DNA of 64,000 bases from Octopus vulgaris. Taxonomy: Eukaryota. Position 1 is the first letter of the stretch. The number at the start of each line of letters is the position of its first letter. Below the pieces are notes generated by a model. The model was not told where the DNA came from and did not search any database. It worked only from the letters and a program-made list of their open reading frames with translations. A program made the translations under genes and the position numbers. Positions 52,092 to 64,000 of the stretch are shown piece by piece. The stretch spans positions 29,574,001 through 29,638,000 of the forward strand of contig OX597834.1 of assembly GCA_951406725.2 (NCBI GenBank). The letters are read 5' to 3'.

Positions 52092-52441
52092 CAAGGTTGT
52101 TACAAAGACTCCAATAGTAAATGCTATCAGCTCTTCGGCAAACTAACTTTGTTGCAGATCCTCCCATTTTGTTGTTCTTTTAAATTTTTTGGGGTTTTTT
52201 TTTTGCTGTTGTTTTGTTGTTGTTGTTGATGATGATGACGATGACAATGAGGATGATATTACTGTGCGTTTGTGTGTATGTATGTGTGTGTCTATATATA
52301 AATATATACATATATACTTATATATATAAATAAAAATGCATGTGTATGTAATATATATATATATATAAACATATTTGTATATGTGTATGTATATTTGTAT
52401 GTATGTGTGTGTATGCATATATATATATATATATGTGTATG

Positions 52442-52473
<32 letters not shown>

Positions 52474-52479
52474 TGTATG

Positions 52480-52527
<48 letters not shown>

Positions 52528-52633
52528 TATATATATGCATACATCATGGTCTTTGTTGCTTTTTTTATATTTTGGCACTATTTCTTTGTCTCAATGTTTT
52601 TTCTTCTGCTATTGATTGATTTTAATTATTTTC

Positions 52634-52665
<32 letters not shown>

Positions 52666-52694
52666 GTGGTACTGATGGTTTATCTAATGATTAG

Positions 52695-52792
52695 AAATGG
52701 ATTTCTGGATGGACGTATTTGGTCAGAAGGTTAAATTCAGGCTTGTCTGGATGGTTGGCAAGGAAGATGAAGATGGGTGGAAAGATAGATGA
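52695..52792 (+). CDS. Candidate alternative 3' exon [32 protein letters not shown]
   Basis: TTTATCTAATGATTAG acceptor; EDGW shared with the island at 41652. Confidence 0.35.
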
Positions 52793-53133
52793 TAATTGAT
52801 TAATTTGTTGGTTGGTTGACTGCTTCAATGAATGGAACAACTTATTGCCTGAAAAATGTTTACATCGATTAGTGATCATTGGTATATGACGGGTATTGTA
52901 ACATGGGTGGAAGATGCAAAAGCATATCATACAATAATACATACATCATCCAGATATACATATGTGTATGTATGTATGTATATAAACATAGAATAAAGAA
53001 TTATATGACTATACACACTCACTCACACATGTAATTTTTGAAGCTGGAAACATTGTAGAAATGATTCAGAAGTCTCAGGTTTTGTGCATAAAAAAATGTA
53101 TTTGTACTCTATACAAAATACTAACTCTTTGCA

Positions 53134-53539
53134 CTTTACTCTTTTCCTTGTTTCAGTCATTTGACTGCAGCCATGCTGGAGCACCGCCTTTAATCAAGCA
53201 ACTCAACCCCGGAACTTATTCTTTTGTAAGCCCAGTACTTATTCTATCGGTCTCTTTTGCCAAACTGCTAAGTAACAGGGAACATAAACACACTAGCATC
53301 GGTTGTCAAGCAATGCTAGGGGGACAAACACAGACACACAAACACACACACACATATATATATATACGCATATATACGACGGGCTTCTTTCAGTTTCTGT
53401 CTACCAAATCCACTCACAAGGCTTTGGTCGGCCCGAGGCTATAGTAGAAGACACTTGCTCAAGGTGCCACACAGTGGGACTGAACCCAGAACCATGTGGT
53501 TGGTAAACAAGCTACTTACCACACAGCCACTCCTGCACC
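53134..53539 (-). mobile_element. SINE family A, full length
   Basis: Matches family A. Confidence 0.9.
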
Positions 53540-55069
53540 TAAGTTAACTACTTCTCCTTTTTGTACTCTCAAACTACATATATAAAAAAAAGTACCCGGT
53601 ACACTCTGTATGTGATTGGTGTTATGAAGGGCTTCCAGTCGTAGAAACCATATTGAATCAGGCACTTGAGTTTGACTCAGTTCTCTGGTTCATCAGCTCC
53701 TATTGACCCATCCAACTCATGCCAGCAAGGAAAGTAGACATTAAATGATGATGATGATGATATGTGTATGTATGAAAATATGCGTATGTTATCCATTAAG
53801 TAATTCATGTATTTCAAAATTGATAGGTTATTGTATTTACAACAGGTAATTTACTTTTGAAATACTATATTAGAAGAATAAAGTATTCATTTAAATGACA
53901 ATTTCATTGGTATGGACATTCTTTCAGAAATCTGAAAAAATCATTTGACATAAATTTAGTCAAACAATATGATCTTTGAAAAATTGACAATGTTCAGGAT
54001 TATAAAATTGCTTGGCGAAAACACCTAAAAGCTCCACGAAGCTCCGGCAGGGGATGGTGGTGATCCCTGCTGTACTCTTTCACCACAACTTTCTCTCACT
54101 CTTACTTCCTGTTTCTGTTGTACCTGTATTTCAAAGGGCCGGCCTTGTCACTCTCTGTGTCACGCTGAATATCCCCGAGAACTACGTTAAGGGTGCACGT
54201 GTCTGTGGAGTGCTCAGCCACTTACACGTTAATTTCACGAGCAGGCTGTCCCGTTGATTCGGATCAACCGGAACCCTCATCGTCATTACCGACGGAGTGC
54301 TTCCAAAATTGCTTGGAATTTATTTTGACATGTTTTCATGAAAGATCAGAAACTAAGGACCCTGTTCGTATATCTATGACTCTTGTTTACAACAAATATG
54401 AAATGTCGAGAAAATACTCTCCCCGACACATACACACATAATAAAATGTATATATATGCATATTCATAATTTTGTGTCTCCATTTTTGTATGCAGTGAGA
54501 ACAACTTGGAAGAGAAATTGACTGAAAATTCCTTGTGCATGTATCTGTTTGTGTATTTAATGATATTTATAAAATAATAATCAAAATATCAATACATTAT
54601 TTATGTGATGTCACTGTATGCTGCCAACTAAAAAAAAAAGGAAGTTTTTTTAATCATAACTGGACTTCCTACTTGAAGTCCCACTGGGCTTCCATATTTT
54701 TACTTCCTTTCTTGTTCACTTTGTATATTTGCACAATAAACATTTTCTTGAAAAAAATTTTAAAAAATGAAAAAAATAGGAAACGAAAAACAGGAATCCC
54801 ACATATTCTATTCAATCCTAGTTTACTCATCACCTAAAAGAATCAATTTTAAGCTGAATAACCTACTGAGTAGGTAGCTGATAGATTTTAATGTGTTCAT
54901 ATGACTCCCTGTATGCTATATACATGTGTGTATAAACATAGTCATAAATACATAAATTATACAGGCATACTTACATTTGTACATACCTATATACATATAT
55001 ACAAACATACTGGTGCATGGACATATTTGTATAGACATCCACATATGTACAGACATAAATATGCAAGCA

Positions 55070-55453
55070 TACATATATACATATATATATATGTATGTAT
55101 ATATATATATGTATGTATATATACATGCATATATATATATGTATATATATATATATGTATGTATATATACATGCATATATATATATGTATATATATATAT
55201 ATGTATGTATATATACATGCATATATATATATGTATATATATATATATATGTATATATACATGCATATATATATATGTATATATATATGCATATATATAT
55301 ATGTATATATACATATATATATATATGTATGTATATATATATATGTATATATACATGCATATATATATATGTATATATATATATGTATGTATATATATAT
55401 ATATGTATGTATATATACATGCATATATATATATGTATATATATATATGTATG

Positions 55454-55505
<52 letters not shown>

Positions 55506-55516
55506 CATATATATAC

Positions 55517-55607
<91 letters not shown>

Positions 55608-55673
55608 AACCATATAAAAAATATGTATATATAGATACATATATATATGTGTGTATATATATATGTATGTATG

Positions 55674-55722
<49 letters not shown>
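55070..55722. repeat. (TA)n/(TATG)/(CATG) compound microsatellite
   Basis: Direct inspection. Confidence 0.95.
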
Positions 55723-55725
<3 letters not shown>

Positions 55726-55961
55726 CATACACACACACAGACACACACACACACAATATTACACAAACATGTGTATGCTTAAATGTAGAGACGTACATTC
55801 ATACCAACATATATGCTTACATATTGTCTGAAGAGAAAGAGAATGAGAGAGAAAGAGAGAGGCACATATATCCAAGCATGAGACAGACAAGATGGAAGTA
55901 AAAGACAGAAACGCACTGGCAGTTGGACAGACATGTGAAAAGATATGCATATTGGTTGAAA

Positions 55962-55998
<37 letters not shown>

Positions 55999-56072
55999 TG
56001 TTGTTGACAACAGACAATACTCCTAATAGGAAGATAAGAAATATGTAACTAACAAATGTCTGCCGTGTTTAG

Positions 56073-56191
56073 GTGAGAGTGTGTCGGAGAGAATGGGGGA
56101 GAAGAGGTGCATTATGCAGAGAGGTGAGAGGTCGGGGGAAGTTCATGTATTATATGCTGTAACAGCACTTACAGGCAGAGGTCATGTTTGA
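56073..56191 (+). CDS. Candidate alternative 3' exon [39 protein letters not shown]
   Basis: Branch-point-like AACTAAC ~20 nt upstream of GTGTTTAG; 39 codons in phase 1. Confidence 0.45.
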
Positions 56192-56297
56192 AGATATATA
56201 CACATATATACATACATGGCTCATTATTATTATTATATAGAGCTATTTCTAGCATTTGGAAAAGTAAATTTAAGTGTGCGTAGATATGCTTATATAC

Positions 56298-56340
<43 letters not shown>

Positions 56341-56395
56341 TATATACATATATATACATATATATATATATACAAATATATATACATATATATAT

Positions 56396-56469
<74 letters not shown>

Positions 56470-56960
56470 TAGAAAAAAACCACCTTTTATCAATTCAAAA
56501 TGAATAATTAAATTACACCATCTAGAAAATTACATATAATAGAAAAGTTAACATTAAAATAACAATTATAAAGTAAAGATTAAGTAAATTACAAAAATAA
56601 TATAATGTATATAATAGGTAGAAAAACGACACGTGTTTTGCTGCTATATTTAAGAAATGATTATAGTAGTAGAGAAATGTATATATGTCACTGTATGCTG
56701 CCAACTAAAAAAGAAGGAAGTTTTTTTAATCATAACTGGACTTCCTACTTGAAGTCCCAAGTGTGTGTGTGTGTAAATATATATATATGTCTGTGTGTGT
56801 GTCTATGTATGTTTATATGTATGTATGTATGTATGTATGTATAGATATATAAATAAATATATATTTCTATATTTGCATGTTTATAAAAATAGAGAAAGTG
56901 AAAGAAAATGAAAGAAAAGGAGAAAGAAAATGAAATTCATGAGACTTTTTTTTTCACTAG

Positions 56961-57001
56961 GATTGTCTCACCCCCATCATGCAGCAGAACCTCACAGGTG
57001 A
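56961..57001 (+). CDS. Candidate alternative exon xLSHPHHAAEPHR* (or a 37-nt cassette using the CAG|GTGAGA donor at 56997)
   Basis: TTTTTTTTTCACTAG acceptor; exon body forms the base of a 239-nt hairpin. Confidence 0.55.
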
Positions 57002-57212
57002 GACGCTATACAATTGTAGGGCATCATAAGCACAGATGTACCTGCTCAGCTGATTTGTCAAAAGGTAGCTTGTTTTTTTACAATTAAGCAAAAATGGCAA
57101 ATAAAAAAACAAGCTACGTTTTGACAGGTTACCTGAGGAGAAAGATGTGCACCTATGATGCATCACAGTCGTTTGTACAGCATCTCACCTTTGATGTACA
57201 GGTGCATGATGG
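56974..57212 (+). other. Long imperfect RNA hairpin (candidate ADAR substrate)
   Basis: Colinear pairing CCATCATGCA/TGCATGATGG, AGGTGAGACGCTATACAA/TTGTACAGCATCTCACCT, GCATCATA/TATGATGC, TGTCAAAAGGTAGCTTGTTTTTT/AAAAAACAAGCTACGTTTTGACA. Confidence 0.8.
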
Positions 57213-57276
57213 CTTGAAACGATCATAGTGAGTAAAAGTCTCAAGGATTTCATTTTTCCTTACATAACTTTTTCAG

Positions 57277-57374
57277 GAATTCTTGAAGTAAACCCAGTGG
57301 CATATACCTCCACACTGTTGATGACATCAGGTGTATACCCAAATATAAAATTATCACTCACATATTTACATGTG

Positions 57375-57420
<46 letters not shown>

Positions 57421-57491
57421 TGACCTTAATGTTCATATGTAGTGGTTTAATAAATTATGTGATTGGGTATTATCTGGTAGTTGATTATTGA
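57277..57491 (+). CDS. Candidate alternative 3' exon xILEVNPVAYTSTLLMTSGVYPN...
   Basis: TTTTTCCTTACATAACTTTTTCAG acceptor in phase 1 of ORF 57228..57491; GGCATATACCT/AGGTGTATACC stem. Confidence 0.45.
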
Positions 57492-57649
57492 TTAAGGTGT
57501 ATTTCTCCATTTTCTTATTTTGTATTATATATATATGTGTGTGTATGTGTGTGTGTATTTTAAATGGATAAACAGACGGAAGGCAGACACAGAATGTTCC
57601 TAATTCATAATCAGTTATCAACCAGATGGTATTACTCAGTTTTGCACCA

Positions 57650-57717
<68 letters not shown>

Positions 57718-57719
57718 TT

Positions 57720-57790
<71 letters not shown>

Positions 57791-58553
57791 GGATGGATGG
57801 ATGGATGGATAGATATACACACATACATGTGTATAAATATATGTGTGTATAAATATATATGCCTATATATGTATATATTCATATGTATATGTGTATTTAT
57901 ATATATATGTATGTATGTATGTACGTATGTACATGCACACACACACATAAACGTGCCTCAAAATTACTTTGTACCTTCTGCTGATTGAATAATTAAATAT
58001 ACATAAATCACCGCACCCAATAAACACATTGTTGAGTGGAACCTTTGTTCTTGACAAGGATATTGACAACTTCGTCTAGTGCCGGTGCCGTGACAAAATA
58101 CACCCTGTAACATTGTGTAAAGTGGAAGGTGATAGGAAGAGAATCCAGGCAGAGAAGTCAAGTGAGAAATAAAAGCAACATGTGGAAGAGTTTGGTCCTC
58201 CAACTCATCTCCAAATAAGAACTGACTTGGAATGTGACAACCTGCACAACCAAAGCCAGCATAAAAGACAGATATAAAGCAATGATTTAAAACAATAGGA
58301 TTGACACCTTCTCTACCAAAATTTCAGACCTTGTACCTATAGTAGAAAGGTTGCTATTATTATCATTATCCTCAACATCATAACCCTTCTGCAAATTTGC
58401 AGACTTACGCTGATGTTAAAAGTCGTTATTGTTATTATTACCATGGTGATGATGATGATTTTTATATTTGTGTGTGTGTGCAATATATGTATATCATCCA
58501 ATATGCACAGAATTGAAAAGAAGCAATAAGATATATATATATATATATTATAA

Positions 58554-58783
58554 GGTGGCGAGCTGGCAGAAACGTTAGCACGCCGGGCGAAATGCATAGC
58601 CATATTTCGTCTGCCGTTACGTTCTGAGTTCAAATTCCGCCAAGGTCGACTTTGCCTTTCATCCTTTCGGGGTCGATAAATTAAGTACCAGTTACGCACT
58701 GGGGTCGATGTAATCGACTTAATCCGTTTGTCTGTCCTTGTTTATCCCCTCTGCATTTAGCCCCTTGTGGGTAGTAAAGAAAT
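58554..58783 (+). mobile_element. SINE family B
   Basis: Matches family B. Confidence 0.9.
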
Positions 58784-59434
58784 GTATATATATATATATT
58801 ATTTAAATATGTAAATACATTAAAAATTACATACACCTGTCATTCAGCATACTCTATATTAGTTAGAAATTACATCACGTATGTGGACACTCATACATAA
58901 ATAACAGTTTATTCAAAAACTAGGCTTTGTCTTAACTTTCGGTTTCCATTAATACATGGCACAATGAAGAATGGCAATAGAAAGCTGAGAGTAATGACAG
59001 AATGAAGTCATAAGTTTGTATCGGGTATTGAGTACTTTTTCCATCTTGTTTGCAAATCGAAAATTACTATCACTCACAATCAATTTATTAATTCATTAAA
59101 TAGTTAACTAATTAACAAATAATAAAGAAATGAATTTAACCAGAGTGTGTATTCATTATTGGCATAACGACCCTCCCAATATAAAAAACAAAAACAAATG
59201 GTAATCTGTGCCCAGCATATATGATATTTTGCTTATATCCCAGCAAGGCTTAACTTGGTTCATTTTTTTACTTCTTTCACAGGGACTTTTATCATAGCTC
59301 TAATTATTAATTCATTATTGAGTACTCAGTGACAAAATACTGTTTAGACAAATTAGATCTGCCCTGTGATGCACATGTGTATCCAATTAACAAAAAAGTG
59401 TGTGTATAAGCGTTTATACATATATATGTACATA

Positions 59435-59480
<46 letters not shown>

Positions 59481-59723
59481 AAAAAAGAAGACGTAGAAAC
59501 ACTTGTAACTGATCTTTAAAGACCAGTTCAAATTGTTTCTGCACCACTCTGTTTATATCACCATTATATATGCAAAAGTTACATAATATTTGAAGTTTTA
59601 AACATTAGGTGTGACACTTCATCAGATTTGCATCAAAAGGTTCACAGTGTATATGTATATATATATAAATACATTTTAAATATTTAGAAAATATGACTAT
59701 CAAGATTATATCCATATTATACC

Positions 59724-59954
59724 TATTTCTTTATTGCCCACAAGGGGCTAAACACAGAGAGGACAAACAAGGACAGACAAACGGATTAAGTCGATTAGAT
59801 CGACCCCAGTGTGTAACTGGTACTTAATTTATCGACCCCGAAAGGATGAAAGGCAAAGTCGACCTCAGCAGAATTTGAACCCAGAATGTAGCAGCAGACG
59901 AAATACGGCTACATATTTTGCCCGGCGTGCTAACGTTTCTGCCAGCTTGCCGCC
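59724..59954 (-). mobile_element. SINE family B
   Basis: Matches family B; inverted relative to the 58554 copy. Confidence 0.9.
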
Positions 59955-60007
59955 TTATATCCATATCATACCAGTTGTATACACGTGTGTGCATGTGGCA
60001 ACTGAGC

Positions 60008-60424
60008 TAGATATAGCTTTATATATAACAGATAGATATAGCTTTATATATAACAGATAGATATAGCTTTATATATAACATAGATAGGATATAGCTTTAT
60101 ATATAACATAGATAGGATATAGCTTTATATATAACATAGATAGGATATAGCTTTATATATAACATAGATAGGATATAGCTTTATATATAATATAGATAGG
60201 ATATAGCTTTATATATAACATAGATAGGATATAGCTTTATATATAACATAGATAGGATATAGCTTTATATATAACATAGATAGGATATAGCTTTATATAT
60301 AACATAGATAGGATATAGCTTTATATATAACATAGATAGGATATAGCTTTATATATAACATAGATAGGATATAGCTTTATATATAACATAGATAGGATAT
60401 AGCTTTATATATAACATAGATAGG
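60008..60424. repeat. 28-bp minisatellite ATAGATAGGATATAGCTTTATATATAAC (~13 units plus shorter leading units)
   Basis: Direct inspection; no spacers. Confidence 0.95.
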
Positions 60425-60985
60425 CATATTCTTCATATTTAAAGGACATGATGTACTTTTGCATTTGTTTCTTACAGTTTCATTAGTTTTTCCTTTGCTA
60501 TTATTTTCACTAATTTACTTCATCAAAACGGTTTTGGTATTAAAAATTTTCACCTTATATTCATAAACTTATTTATTCAATTTTATGTTTTTAAATATAT
60601 TCTTGTTATATAAATATCTGTACACGTGTGTGTGCGTGTGTGTGTGTGTGTGAGCTGAAATAGACTTGCATCTATTTAAAATGCGATCGTAAACAGACTC
60701 CCAGGCACAGTCACCAAATAACTGGGAATATTAAAAACAGGCAAATATGGAATGCTATTGGATGTATAGTGTATTGGAAATGTGCATGGGGTGTGTCTCC
60801 ATCATCTCATCACCACATATGGATATTTAAATATTCAATCACCAAAGAGAGTAGCTGTGTATTTAAATATTCGATGGAAGCAAAGGAATAAATCAGAAGA
60901 ACAGAAATAGAGAGAGAGAGAGAGTTTGTGTGTGTGTATGTGTGTGTGTGTGTGTGTGTGAAAAGGGAGCAAACATTTTAAATAG

Positions 60986-61164
60986 CAGAAGACAAAATTA
61001 CACTGGAGTGGAATAGCAAGCAGCAGAGAGGAATATCTCTCTATGGTTTGAGTGGGTGGAAGCGATGGAGTTGTGAAAGGAAGCTGGAGGGTGAAGCGGT
61101 AGAGGCGATTGTAGTGATGGTGGCGGTGGTGGTGGTGGGGTTTCGATGGCACAGACAACAGTAG
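60986..61164 (+). CDS. Candidate alternative 3' exon xEDKITLEWNSKQQRG...VGFRWHRQQ*
   Basis: CATTTTAAATAG(CAG) tandem acceptor, 59 codons in phase 1; C-rich block at ~61223-61270 is complementary to the exon. Confidence 0.45.
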
Positions 61165-63477
61165 TGGACACATTAGGATCAAGATAATTAACCTCATTCA
61201 ACTGTCTTACAAATCCTGCAGTTCTTCCCACCAGCAGCACCTTCACCACCCGTCACTGCCACCGCCGCCCGCCCGAACCTTCTCTTCTCATTGATAAACT
61301 TTGAATTTTTGAACACATTGCCTTACAAAAGAGATTTTACAAGCAGACCCCTTTGACAACAAAATAATAACAATAAAGTCCTCATACATAATTTCACACA
61401 CACACACACAAACAGGGTGAATTGTGGGGTGGAATTCTGACCCTCCCCCCTCTCTCTCATAATGGGAGGGAAGGAAAGAAAGAGTGCATAGTCTCTATTT
61501 TTGCTCTCTTTGCCATCCTTTGTCCCCTCATCTGCATTTTTACTATATTCCCTCTCTTCCCCCTCTATTCTTCAGGGTAAAACCCCTGTTCCTTGTCACA
61601 TCACACACACTTTTAGCAATTGCTTTTTATATTATTTTATTTTTCTATCTTTAAATTTTATTAATTATTTTACAGTAACACACCCAGGTAAAACTTCACA
61701 ATGGTATTTAAATTTTTTCTTTTTAAATTCAAGGAGTAATTCCTCAGGTTTACGGCAGGATGGGGTGTAATGTTGATTATTGCTGTTGTTTATATTCTGA
61801 GATCAAATCCTGCTGAGGTCAGCTTTACCTTTCATCTTATCAGAGTTGATCAAATAAAAGTACCAGCCAGGAACTGAAAGCGATGGTATCGACTAACTCT
61901 CCCTCCCCTCAAATTGCTAACAAATTTTACTTCAATTAGAAATAATTACTATTATTGTTATTAGCAAAGTAGCAAACTGGCAGAATTGTTAGCTCACTGG
62001 CAAAAATGTCTGGCAGCATTTCTGGCAGTTCTTTCGGTTCTGAGTTCAAATGCCATTGAAGTAAACTTTGCCTTTCGAACTTTCAAGGTCAATAAAATGA
62101 AGTACCAGTGAAGTACAGGAGTTGTTGTCATCCACTGTCTCTTCCCCAGTTGCTATTCTTGTACTAGAATTTGAAGCAATTACTTGTGTTGTTTGTGTCC
62201 ATATTTCATTTCAGTTGTCTCAACTTTATAATTCCTGCTTCTTTTCCAGTTCACCACTGTCTTGTTATGCATGTGAATGGCCTTTGCTAGATCCAGGCAT
62301 TCAGAGGTCATGAGGCCAATGGTTTCTTCCTCATCATAATTTAACGTCCATTGTCCATGCTGGCATGGGTTAGATGGTTTGACCAGGGCCGATGTTAAAA
62401 GTCGTTATTGCTATTATTATCATCATTTGGATGAGTTGATTTGGCATAAATAGTGATAAGTTGTGCTGAATGTACAGCTGTGGAATTTGTAAGTTTGGAT
62501 AAGTTTGTATTCTATGGGTATCTAACATCTCTAGTGTTAAACTTCTGTCTAAAAGAGAAAAAATATTTTCCAACTATTGAAAAAATATTCTTTCCTTTCC
62601 CTTTCTTTCTCTTTCTCTCTCTCTTTCAAATGAAGAGTCATCCCTGGAATACCTGATTCCTCTTTTACATATGACATAAGAACATGTCCAAGCTCACAGA
62701 CTTCATCATCATCATTTAGTGTCTGATTTCCATACTGACATGGGTTAAACAGTTTGACCAAAAATGGCAAACTGGAGAACTGCTTCAGGTTCCAGCCTGA
62801 CTCGGCACAGTTTCTATGGCTGGATGCCCTTCCTAACATGCCAACCATTCTGAGAGTGTAAGGAATGCCTTTTACATTCCACCAGCATGGCTGCCATTTA
62901 CATCACATCGGTACCGGCCATGGCTACTATTTCCTGGGTGTCATTCACATAACACTGGCAATGGTTATGACTACGGTTTTGCTTGACTTGACGAGTTTCC
63001 TCAAGCACAGCATATTGTCACGGTCTCAGTCACATATAATATTTTCTAATGCAGACCACCGCCACTAGTTCCCTTGAATTCCATGTTCATCCCTTTATAT
63101 TGTGAGGCGAAATACTGTCATAGCTAATTATACCTTTTATTCTTCCAGGATCAATAAAATAAGTCCCACTCAAACACCCAAGATCAATTAAATTGATTAC
63201 ACCACCACTATCCCCCAAACTCGTGTCTTTCATCCTACAAAAATCAATAAAATATGTATCAGTCAAACTGGGATCGTATAGATTGATATTATCATCTCTA
63301 CACCCAAACTTGTGTCTTTTATTCTTCCAAGATCAATAAAATATGTCCTAAGATCAATTAAACTGACTATTCCACCCTTTTACCCTCAAACTTATGTCTT
63401 TTATCTTGATCAATAAAATTTGTACCAGTCAAGCACAAAGAATAGTTTCTGCCCAGATTTGTATCATGTGCCAAAGT

Positions 63478-63728
63478 TGCCACGTAAAAAGCACCAACCG
63501 ATCGTGGCCGTTGCCAGCCTCCCCTGGCACCTGTGCCGGTGGCATGTGAAAAGCACCAACTACACTCACGGAGTGGTTGGCGTTAGGAAGAGCATCCAGC
63601 TGTAGAAACACTGCCAGATCAGACTGGAGCCTGGTGCAGCCTCCTGACTTCCCAGACTCCTGGTCGAACCATCCAACCCATGCTAGCATGGAAAACGGAC
63701 GTTAAACGACGATGATGATGATGATGAT
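63478..63728 (+). mobile_element. RTE 3'UTR repeat (family D) with (GAT)n tail
   Basis: Matches other family D copies. Confidence 0.85.
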
Positions 63729-64000
63729 GTTGTTGCGTGTAGATTTGGATATCAGGAAGAGCTGATTCTCATGTCTGAGAAGAGCAGACAGTTTTTCTCA
63801 ATCCATTGGCTATGGAGAAAGAAGTTATGTGATGGACAAGATCGAAACGAGAGATGACAAACAATTCTCCCTTTGGCCAAACCTTTATCAACTTCTTAAA
63901 TCTCAAGACTCTTTCTTAGGAGTCTTGCAGAATACTGGATGGCATTTTTCTGCAGGTCAACAATACCAGTTTCGGTTCCACTATTCTCAGCTTCTTAGGT

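Noticed and set aside
51847-52167. Minus-strand 106-aa [13 protein letters not shown]...
   Set aside because: No recognisable domain; ends in microsatellite; G-U stems favour the + strand
60008-60424. CRISPR-like 28-bp repeat
   Set aside because: Units are head to tail with no spacers, in eukaryotic context; a minisatellite

Overview
AT-rich, microsatellite-saturated animal DNA. The SINE/RTE repeat set looks like that of an octopus (coleoid cephalopod); this is recalled from memory, not checked. I recognise no constitutive exon of a known gene, and most ORF-track entries are microsatellite or SINE artefacts. Repeats: three tRNA-headed SINE families, RTE LINE fragments, a non-autonomous Helitron, TTAA-flanked MITEs, Penelope-like short elements carrying minimal hammerhead ribozymes, and a full-length U6 snRNA copy fused to a SINE/LINE 3' tail. 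Main observation: about 30 short unique islands between the repeats share one + strand design. Each has a 3' splice acceptor, a frame that is open when entered in phase 1, and a stop after about 10-118 codons; many have G-U-containing hairpins that often bury the acceptor. Several predicted peptide tails share motifs (SH[PL], VWHQ, AQCF, EDGW, LYAV). I infer a large array of alternative 3' (terminal or poison) exons of an unidentified gene upstream on the + strand, possibly gated by RNA structure or A-to-I editing. This comes from reading by eye and needs RNA-seq confirmation. In peptides, x is the split codon completed by the unknown upstream exon.
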